From positions 1 through 64,000 of IMG/VR virus record IMGVR_UViG_3300020492_000001: a DNA stretch of 64,000 bases; one strand, written 5' to 3'. Positions within the stretch are counted from its first letter, which is position 1. Each line of letters begins with the position of its first letter. This document shows positions 57,230-63,980 of this stretch, one piece after another. The translations under genes were made by a program, and so were the position numbers. Origin of the DNA: a virus. Its lineage: Duplodnaviria; Caudoviricetes. The notes under the pieces were generated by a model. That model searched no databases, was not told where the DNA came from, and saw only the letters and a program-made list of their open reading frames with translations.

Positions 57230-57353
57230 TTATAACGGTTCGCAGATAAACGCAGTTTTATGAAACAGAAATTAGATATAGAAAAAATTAGAGAGTTGGA
57301 AACCATAGCTAAAGAATTAGATGCTGAAAAATTGCGTTTATCTGCTGTTAGCA
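57230..57353. repeat. attC-like hairpin 13
   Basis: TTATAAC-GGTTC-GCAGATAAACGCAGTTTT ... AAAATTGCGTTTATCTGC-T-GTTAGCA. Confidence 0.85.
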
Positions 57354-57457
57354 AATCGGTTTGCGACCACTCTTGGATGAACACAGGATTATCAGTACAA
57401 GGCAAAAGTTTGATGGTATGCACCAAATGTAGGGAAACCAAGCAAACTGTTTGCTAA
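57260..57457 (+). CDS. cassette 13 ORF: coiled coil plus CDH..C..C zinc-ribbon-like tail
   Basis: VCDHSW...MVCTKC; starts inside hairpin 13; stop is the TAA of the terminal TGCTAAC. Confidence 0.55.
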   Translation: MKQKLDIEKIRELETIAKELDAEKLRLSAVSKSVCDHSWMNTGLSVQGKSLMVCTKCRETKQTVC

Positions 57458-57480
57458 CTATTATATGTAAACTACCCTTT
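57452..57480. other. candidate attI-like primary recombination site
   Basis: Lone TGCTAAC box not followed by G or a hairpin arm; TGCTAAC-TATTATAT-GTAAACT; 67 bp upstream of the recombinase start. Confidence 0.55.
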
Positions 57481-57525
57481 AAACTAACAGCAAAATCAAT
57501 ACTCTTTAATTAAAAAATCGAAAAT

Positions 57526-58359
57526 ATGAATTTAGAAAAGTGGATAAATAGATATAAAACTGATTGTGCTTTAAAGTATAATAGTGATGCAACCAAAGAA
57601 AATTACACTTCTGGAGTTAAATCTTTTCTTATAAAATTCGATAAATATTCTGAGCCTAAAGAAATACCGACTCAGGAAATTAAAGAGTATTTATTGACTT
57701 TTAAAACGATAAATACACGAAAGCATAACCTTTGCTCTATTAAATCTTTCTATAAATTAACTGTAGGTATGCCAAGCAAGATTGATAAGATTCCTTATCC
57801 TAAGTCTGATAAGAAACTACCTATCGTTCTTTCTGTAAACGAAATTCAAAGAATGTTTAATGTCTGCCAAAATAAGAAGCATAAAGCAATTTTAGCTTTA
57901 CTGTACTCTTGTGGATTACGTGTATCGGAACTTATAAATTTGAAATGGAAAGATATTGATAGAAGTAGAATGGTAATTAATATAATCCAAGCTAAGGGAA
58001 ATAAGGATAGGCAAGTCCCATTATCTCAAGATTTGATTAATGTATTAGAAAGTTACTGGAATGAGTACAAGTCCGCCGAGTATGTTTTTAATGGACAAAA
58101 ATCACTGCAATACACAGATAGAAGTGTAGGAGAAGTAATTAAACAGTTGGCAGATAAAGCAGGAATATGTAATAAAAGGGTTTACACACACCTTATGCGT
58201 CATTGCAGCTTTACGCACATGGTTGAGAACGGAACTGATATTTCGCTTATCCAAAGACTCGCTGGACATTCTAGTGTAAAAACGACTAATATCTACCTCC
58301 ATATCAGCCATAATCACATAAGTAAAATCCAAAGTCCACTAAGTAATATTAAATTATAA
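57526..58359 (+). CDS. tyrosine recombinase, IntI-related/XerD-like (277 aa)
   Basis: LPIVLS..E, LYSCGLRVSE (R), AKGNKDR (K), HLMRH (HxxR), LAGH, TNIY (Y), C-terminal IQSPL. Confidence 0.92.
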   Translation: MNLEKWINRYKTDCALKYNSDATKENYTSGVKSFLIKFDKYSEPKEIPTQEIKEYLLTFKTINTRKHNLCSIKSFYKLTVGMPSKIDKIPYPKSDKKLPIVLSVNEIQRMFNVCQNKKHKAILALLYSCGLRVSELINLKWKDIDRSRMVINIIQAKGNKDRQVPLSQDLINVLESYWNEYKSAEYVFNGQKSLQYTDRSVGEVIKQLADKAGICNKRVYTHLMRHCSFTHMVENGTDISLIQRLAGHSSVKTTNIYLHISHNHISKIQSPLSNIKL

Positions 58360-58374
58360 CTCAAACTTGAATTA
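58357..58374. promoter_or_regulatory. 18-bp palindrome copy
   Basis: TAACTCAA-AC-TTGAATTA, overlapping the recombinase stop codon. Confidence 0.7.
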
Positions 58375-58379
58375 AAAAC

Positions 58380-58754
58380 ATGGTAAAACTAGAAGTAATA
58401 GAAGAAGGAGATTTATTCCTATATAATTTCACTTTGGCAGACGGATCAAAGAAGCAGCAGAAATACACTAAAGCTACACATGAAGCTATTAAAAGTTATT
58501 TTAGTAAGCCTAAGAAGGAGAAAAAGAAGCCTGCAACCGCGCCGACATTAGAAGAAGTAAAGGAGTATTTTAAGAAAGAAGGCTACCAAGAGGATGCTGC
58601 TATCAGATTCCATAAGTATTACGAGGCACTAGATTGGTATGATAATCAAGGTCGCCCTGTATTAAGATGGAAAGGAAAGGCTATCGCAACTTGGTTTAAG
58701 CCTGAAATGAAATTAAAAGTAGAAGTTAAAAATACATCATCATTTTTTCAATAA
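58380..58754 (+). CDS. replication initiator/helicase-loader-like protein
   Basis: PTLEEVKEYF...AIRFHKYYEALDW...W motif of phage replisome-organiser C-termini; directly upstream of dnaB. Confidence 0.55.
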   Translation: MVKLEVIEEGDLFLYNFTLADGSKKQQKYTKATHEAIKSYFSKPKKEKKKPATAPTLEEVKEYFKKEGYQEDAAIRFHKYYEALDWYDNQGRPVLRWKGKAIATWFKPEMKLKVEVKNTSSFFQ

Positions 58755-58757
58755 CAC

Positions 58758-60125
58758 ATGGACTTAAAACAAAAAGAAAGAGAAGTACTTAATCTATTTG
58801 CGGATAATGCTGATTTATTTGTTAATTGTGAACACTTGGTATTTGAAAACTTATGGTCCACAAACTTTAATAAGGTTAAATTCAAAATTATAACTTATAA
58901 TCATAGTAAAGGTAAGAAATCTGACATTTACCTGCTCTCTAATATGCTTATTAAGGCAGGTTGTAACAAAAAAGAAATCGGACTTGAAGTGTCTGAGCCT
59001 AATTATAAAATCGCTAAGAATGTAGATGAGTATGTTAAGGATATTTTTGATGAGTATTCTAAGCGACAATTAACTCCATTACTTCAAAGAGTTCACTCAG
59101 AGCTTAGTTCTGAATTAGGAGATGTAAATAGCTGTTTAGAAGATTTAAAGACGGCAGTGAACGATATAGAGAGTATTAAGAATAATCTTTCTGTAGATAA
59201 AAAAGCAACTGATATTTTTGATCAAGCATTTAACGAGTTAATGGAAGCTCAGAATAATATAAAAGAGATAGTTGGTTATTCTACAGGGCTTAAAGATTTA
59301 GATAAGATGTGTGGTGGACTAAAACAAGAGGTTATTGTTATTGGAGCGCCTCCTGGTTCTGGTAAAAGTTCATTAATGGTAAACATCGTTGATAATGTAG
59401 CTATCAAACAAGGTAAGCCTGTTGCTGTGTTTTCTTTAGAGATGCCTGCTACTCAATTAATGAAGAATATGTGGGCCAACAACCTTACAATTAATTCTTA
59501 TGCGATACGTGGCGGAGGATTGTTAGATGAAGATTTAGTAAAAGTAAAGAAGTACAAGCAAAGATTAAAAGATAATTTAGTCATAGATGACACCCCAGGA
59601 ATTACTTGGCAGTATATGGAGACTAGAATAAGAAAGATGCGTAAAACAGTTCCTATGAATGAATTGATAGTTGTTATGGTAGACTATATTCAAATTATGA
59701 GAAATACTATTGAGGAGACAAGAGGGATTAGTAGTGAAGAGCAATTAGGATTAAGAAGTAACGGCTTAATGGAACTTTCTAAGAAATATAATCTTTGCAT
59801 GATGGAATTATCTCAATTATCTAGGGAAGTTGGTAAGAGAGAGAATAAAAAGCCTGTAATGGGAGATTTAAAAGGCTCAGGAGCTATTGAAGCAAACGCT
59901 GTACAGATATGGTTACTCTATAGGCCAGACTACTTTGAAACCGATCCTATGGAGAATGGAATGTCTTTAAAAGGACTCTGCGAGATTAATATGGCTAAGA
60001 ATAGATATGGAGAGACAGGTAGAAGATATGTAAGATTTGAAGGTAAATACTCAGCATTTAAAGATTTTGATATTAATGAAGTTAATGGATTAGTAACAGG
60101 AAGTAGCAATGGAGATGAGTTCTAA
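58758..60125 (+). CDS. dnaB: replicative DNA helicase
   Basis: GAPPGSGKSS, FSLEM, VDYIQ, LSQLSR, DLKGSGAIE, AKNRYGETG. Confidence 0.92.
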   Translation: MDLKQKEREVLNLFADNADLFVNCEHLVFENLWSTNFNKVKFKIITYNHSKGKKSDIYLLSNMLIKAGCNKKEIGLEVSEPNYKIAKNVDEYVKDIFDEYSKRQLTPLLQRVHSELSSELGDVNSCLEDLKTAVNDIESIKNNLSVDKKATDIFDQAFNELMEAQNNIKEIVGYSTGLKDLDKMCGGLKQEVIVIGAPPGSGKSSLMVNIVDNVAIKQGKPVAVFSLEMPATQLMKNMWANNLTINSYAIRGGGLLDEDLVKVKKYKQRLKDNLVIDDTPGITWQYMETRIRKMRKTVPMNELIVVMVDYIQIMRNTIEETRGISSEEQLGLRSNGLMELSKKYNLCMMELSQLSREVGKRENKKPVMGDLKGSGAIEANAVQIWLLYRPDYFETDPMENGMSLKGLCEINMAKNRYGETGRRYVRFEGKYSAFKDFDINEVNGLVTGSSNGDEF

Positions 60126-60528
60126 AGTAGATTTTAAATCCCAAATAGGATTAGCTTTATCCGCTATATGCCTAAAAGAGTTCTATAACCTTTACGATAA
60201 TGAAGGTTGTGGGATAATAACAAATACACACTCAGGAGCCATGCTTTACGATTTACTTAAATGGGCAGGTAATGATATGTCTATTGATGAAAATATCAAG
60301 AAAGAAGTATTAGAGAATTGTAAAGCAGACTACTTAGTCATCCAAGATAGAAGTATTAAAGATAAAGATAAGCATAAGAAGATATACCAAGACTACTGTA
60401 AATGTAAGATGGCGGAGATATGGCTTAATATTAAAGCAGACTTAGATAAAAGAGTGTTCCCTGATGAGATACCTATTCCTAAATTAGATGCTCAATACCA
60501 TAAGTTTAGGCTTAATAGAGAAGAATAA
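60109..60528 (+). CDS. hypothetical protein
   Basis: Overlaps the dnaB end, co-oriented. Confidence 0.55.
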   Translation: MEMSSKVDFKSQIGLALSAICLKEFYNLYDNEGCGIITNTHSGAMLYDLLKWAGNDMSIDENIKKEVLENCKADYLVIQDRSIKDKDKHKKIYQDYCKCKMAEIWLNIKADLDKRVFPDEIPIPKLDAQYHKFRLNREE

Positions 60529-60558
60529 AAAATAATTTGAATAAATAATCAATTTTTT

Positions 60559-60586
60559 GTAACCTTATTTATTTTTATACGTTTAA
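60559..60586 (+). promoter_or_regulatory. ECF-like promoter motif
   Basis: GTAACC-N15-CGTTTAA. Confidence 0.65.
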
Positions 60587-60604
60587 CTATTAAAATTACA
60601 CATT

Positions 60605-60943
60605 ATGAATACATATTATAATCCTTGGTATTATTACAACGCTGGAGTTTTAGTTAAGAATAAGAAGCCTTGCATTCCAGGAAGTCAAGTTCACATATCT
60701 GATATGGAAGGTTGCTTTACTGTATTGGATGTAAAAATAGATCACTTTGTGGTTATGAAGAAGAAAAAAGAAGTTAAGATACCTTGGGACAGATTTATCT
60801 GTTTAAAAGGAGACGGAACTAGCCTTGAGGCTCAAACTAAAAGAGGATTAAAAAGTGCTTTATATCAAATAGAATCCGCGCAATATAATTCAGCTATGTT
60901 AGCTAAAGAATTAACTAATTTTCTAAAATCACTAAAAAAATAA
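60605..60943 (+). CDS. hypothetical protein
   Basis: Downstream of the promoter motif at 60559. Confidence 0.55.
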   Translation: MNTYYNPWYYYNAGVLVKNKKPCIPGSQVHISDMEGCFTVLDVKIDHFVVMKKKKEVKIPWDRFICLKGDGTSLEAQTKRGLKSALYQIESAQYNSAMLAKELTNFLKSLKK

Positions 60944-60946
60944 ACC

Positions 60947-61804
60947 ATGGCAAAGAAAGAAAAAGTAACACTACAAAAATTGATAGTACAAACTCCTGAG
61001 TTAAAGTCATCTCTTCTTAAATTCGAGAATGTAAAATTACAACTCGACAAAGCGGCTGAAACTTGTCTACAAATCAAAGTAACTGATGAGAACAGTCTAG
61101 CTGTTTGCGAGAATCAAATGGGTAAAGTGAACGAACTTATCAAAGCAGTAGAGTCTGTTAGAGTAGCTGAAAAGAAACCACACTTTGAGAGAGGTAAGGC
61201 TGTTGATGCGGCGGCGGCTTATGTATCAGAATCTTCAGAAGAAGCATTAAAGCATCTTAAAAATGAAAAGATAGCTTGGATTAGATTAGTTGAGACTGAG
61301 AATAAGCGTAAGCAAGATATTCAAGATAGTATTGAAAAAACTAAGCATTGGTGCCAATCAAGATTAGAAATGATTAAGGATTATGATAATTGTGATTATT
61401 GTATTGTAAAGCTTAATGAATTATTAGGTAAACCCGAATCTTACCAAGAGTTTTATACTCAATTAGAAGAGATTGCAAGTAGTTATATCAGATTATTTAA
61501 TCTAAAGAAACAAGAGTTTGCCGCTGAAAGCCCTGATGAATTAGAAGCTATTAAAGAAGTCCAAGCAGAAATAAAACAAAATATCGAATCAGCGGACGTT
61601 CCTAAAGTTGAAGTAGAAGTTATATCTAAAATTCGCAGACCATGGTGCTTTGAAATAGTAGATATTAACCTAGTTCCTAAAGAGTTCTTAATGGTAGACG
61701 AGAGTAAAGTAAAAGAGTATTTAAAAGCTAATTCTGAGTCATTAGAAGATGGTAAAATAGTAAATGGTATTAAGTATTACAAAGATTTAAAAGTAACCGT
61801 GTAA
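60947..61804 (+). CDS. coiled-coil recombination-module protein (Gam/Gp157-like C-terminus)
   Basis: RRPWCFEIVDINLVPKEFLMVDESKVKEYLK...VNGIKYY. Confidence 0.5.
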   Translation: MAKKEKVTLQKLIVQTPELKSSLLKFENVKLQLDKAAETCLQIKVTDENSLAVCENQMGKVNELIKAVESVRVAEKKPHFERGKAVDAAAAYVSESSEEALKHLKNEKIAWIRLVETENKRKQDIQDSIEKTKHWCQSRLEMIKDYDNCDYCIVKLNELLGKPESYQEFYTQLEEIASSYIRLFNLKKQEFAAESPDELEAIKEVQAEIKQNIESADVPKVEVEVISKIRRPWCFEIVDINLVPKEFLMVDESKVKEYLKANSESLEDGKIVNGIKYYKDLKVTV

Positions 61805-62070
61805 TGCTAAACGCTCAACTAATACATAAACTAAAAGATAAGCATCCTAAGTACACTGAGGAACAGATAAGACTTGTTATTATGCGACACGTTGGCGCTA
61901 TGAATATCATGTTTTCTAAATCTGAGACGTTCAAAATAACTATTAATAAATTAGGAACTATCCACACGCACGGTAATGCAGTAAGCAGAGCTAAAATAGT
62001 AGATAGAAAGTACCACAGGAAGAATATGAATAAGTTAAGTAATTTCACAGATAGAGCATTATTATTTTAA
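61804..62070 (+). CDS. small basic protein, possibly HU-like
   Basis: Helix-helix followed by KITINKLGTI, resembling HU V.L.GFG.F. Confidence 0.35.
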   Translation: MLNAQLIHKLKDKHPKYTEEQIRLVIMRHVGAMNIMFSKSETFKITINKLGTIHTHGNAVSRAKIVDRKYHRKNMNKLSNFTDRALLF

Positions 62071-62097
62071 ATTCCTTGCATATTTTAATCAAAGTGT

Positions 62098-62126
62098 GTA
62101 ACTTTACATCAAGAAATTAAGTATAA
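62098..62126 (+). promoter_or_regulatory. ECF-like promoter motif (variant)
   Basis: GTAACT-N16-AGTATAA. Confidence 0.55.
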
Positions 62127-62154
62127 ATAGTATAAACCATAAAAACAAAAACAA

Positions 62155-62913
62155 ATGTCAAGAAGTAATCCAACAAACAACGCCGTAAACCCATCTTCAA
62201 AATTTATCGAATGGAGTGGCTCGGAAGGAAAATTTAAGTACTACGATAAAGAAAAGAAGGAAAATGTATTCATTGAATTACCTTTCTACTTTCTGCCGTT
62301 AGATCAATTATCTACAACTAAAGGTTATGATGAGAAAGCAGGATTAGGATTCTATTCAAATGAAATTCGTAACACTAAAACTGATATGCTAACAGTTCGT
62401 ACAAAGAACGGAGTAGTTATGACAGGCTTATACGAAAACGTAAAAGAGAAGTTGTCATCTCGTGGACTTGACTACGTTCAATCTGTATATGTAGCTATTA
62501 AAGAAGGCAAGAATTATGTATTAGCTAACTTACAATTAAAAGGTTCTGCATTAGGACCATACATTGAGTTCTGCAAAGGTAAAAAGATGAGTGAGATTGG
62601 AGTATCTGTTAAAAAAGCTAATCCAATGAAGAAAGGAGCTACTAAGTATTTTGAGCCAGTGTATGAGATTTTAAAAGTATCTGAAGAAGCTAATGATGCG
62701 GCTGTAGAATTAGATAGAGAGCTACAAGAATACTTAACTCCTTATTTAGCTAAGAATGCTTCTACGGTAGCGGCAGGTGAAGTTGTGGATGCTAATCAAG
62801 ACAATGGATTAAACTCTAAATCTAAGTCTGCTCCTAAGTCAGAAGTTAAGATTGAAGCTGAAAAAGATATTGTTTTCAATCCAGCAGATGAAGACGATGA
62901 TGAAGCGTTCTAA
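62155..62913 (+). CDS. single-stranded DNA-binding/annealing protein
   Basis: Beta-rich core, flexible linker, acidic tail ending DEDDDEAF. Confidence 0.6.
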   Translation: MSRSNPTNNAVNPSSKFIEWSGSEGKFKYYDKEKKENVFIELPFYFLPLDQLSTTKGYDEKAGLGFYSNEIRNTKTDMLTVRTKNGVVMTGLYENVKEKLSSRGLDYVQSVYVAIKEGKNYVLANLQLKGSALGPYIEFCKGKKMSEIGVSVKKANPMKKGATKYFEPVYEILKVSEEANDAAVELDRELQEYLTPYLAKNASTVAAGEVVDANQDNGLNSKSKSAPKSEVKIEAEKDIVFNPADEDDDEAF

Positions 62914-63051
62914 TTTAATCTATCCGTTCTAAAGGCGGAAACACTTTGCGAGGGCTAACTCGTTTACTAGTGTAGATTTGATAGCAAGTAGCCCGAAACA
63001 TATTTTAACCGAAACGAGTTGGCTGCTTGTAAAAACCATAGATAAATTAGA

Positions 63052-63519
63052 ATGGCAAATATTACCATAAAACATTTCGGACGCGTCCTTCCAAACGGAA
63101 ACATTAGTTTTTACAATGTAGATTTATGGCAAGAGCAAAGAGAATCCTTAGCAGGAAAAGAGTTTGAGTTAACTATTAAAGAGCGCCATAAGCGTCCTAG
63201 TGTATCTCAATTCGGATATTATTGGGGAGCTATACTAAAGACTTGTTTACAGAATGAATCTTTTAGTCACTATACAACAGTTGAGGAACTACATAAAGAA
63301 GTAATGGCTCCAATGTTTTTGTGCTATCAAATAAGAGTAGTAGTAGGTAAAAAGAAATACGATAAGCACATGGTTAAGAGTTTAACAGAGTTGAATAAGA
63401 AAGAAACATCTGAATTTATCGACAATGTTCTCAACTTTGTGGCTCAAGAAGGAGTGATAGTATTATCTCCTGAGTCTTATACAGACCGCTATTACAGAGA
63501 AATTACAATAAAAGAATAG
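63052..63519 (+). CDS. NinB/Orf-like recombination protein
   Basis: RPSVSQFGYYWG...SLTELNKKETSEFIDNV...EGV pattern. Confidence 0.55.
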   Translation: MANITIKHFGRVLPNGNISFYNVDLWQEQRESLAGKEFELTIKERHKRPSVSQFGYYWGAILKTCLQNESFSHYTTVEELHKEVMAPMFLCYQIRVVVGKKKYDKHMVKSLTELNKKETSEFIDNVLNFVAQEGVIVLSPESYTDRYYREITIKE

Positions 63520-63521
63520 AT

Positions 63522-63704
63522 ATGAAAGAAACTTGCACAATAGAAAAAGTATTATGGGGCAACACTAATAATACATGGAAGCCAACATCTTATTACAGCT
63601 TTGATTCATTTGAAAAAGCAAAAGAGTTTTTAAATAATGATAAAGATTATTTATTTTCAAAACTACATACTTATAACGTATCAGTAAAAATAATTAACTA
63701 TTAA
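63522..63704 (+). CDS. hypothetical protein
   Basis: Co-oriented ORF. Confidence 0.45.
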   Translation: MKETCTIEKVLWGNTNNTWKPTSYYSFDSFEKAKEFLNNDKDYLFSKLHTYNVSVKIINY

Positions 63705-63716
63705 ACCAAAACATAT

Positions 63717-63980
63717 ATGAAACCAACAGCATCAATCGCTAAAGAAGCAAAAACAAAAGACGGAAGAAACATCATTGTTACTATTGATACTTTCAAAGAA
63801 CCAATAGGGAGAAACGCCGATGGAGAATTTTTTAACCTCCAAACATTTGTTGATCGTAAAACTAAATTAGAAATCGGAAGACTTACTTTTCCTAAAACTA
63901 CAAATGATTTACTAGAGAAACAATTAGATATAGCTATTAACAACATAGATGAATACTTAGATGTCATTAGTAAAGGATAG
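63717..63980 (+). CDS. hypothetical protein
   Basis: Co-oriented ORF. Confidence 0.5.
   Translation: MKPTASIAKEAKTKDGRNIIVTIDTFKEPIGRNADGEFFNLQTFVDRKTKLEIGRLTFPKTTNDLLEKQLDIAINNIDEYLDVISKG

Larger units (their letters stand above)
52485..57458. mobile_element. integron-like gene cassette array (13 hairpin sites, 13 cassettes)
   Basis: Regularly spaced TAACG...imperfect inverted repeat...GTTA sites between ORFs; complementary cassette ends; adjacent tyrosine recombinase. Confidence 0.85.

Noticed and set aside
52485-57458. CRISPR array interpretation of the repeated sites
   Set aside because: The sites are 64-150 bp, differ in sequence, are separated by whole ORFs, and no cas genes are present.
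52485-57458. Sites as ordinary rho-independent terminators
   Set aside because: They have no U-tracts, loops reach ~90 nt and contain start codons, AAC/GTT boxes are invariant, and cross-cassette end complementarity is not explained by termination.
57526-58359. Recombinase as a lysogeny integrase with attP
   Set aside because: No repressor/excisionase context or tRNA-derived att core was seen, and the adjacent array explains it better. Not excluded experimentally.
7385-58374. 18-bp palindromes as targets of the tyrosine recombinase
   Set aside because: The 2-bp spacer is too short for a 6-8 bp crossover region, and the copies do not bracket invertible or excisable units.
304-63967. Short antisense/overlapping ORFs from the track (e.g. 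304..558, 4344..4538, 11997..12254, 26174..26605, 36507..36896, 47911..48171, 58102..58332, 63701..63967)
   Set aside because: They lie opposite longer, motif-bearing genes and read as shadow frames.
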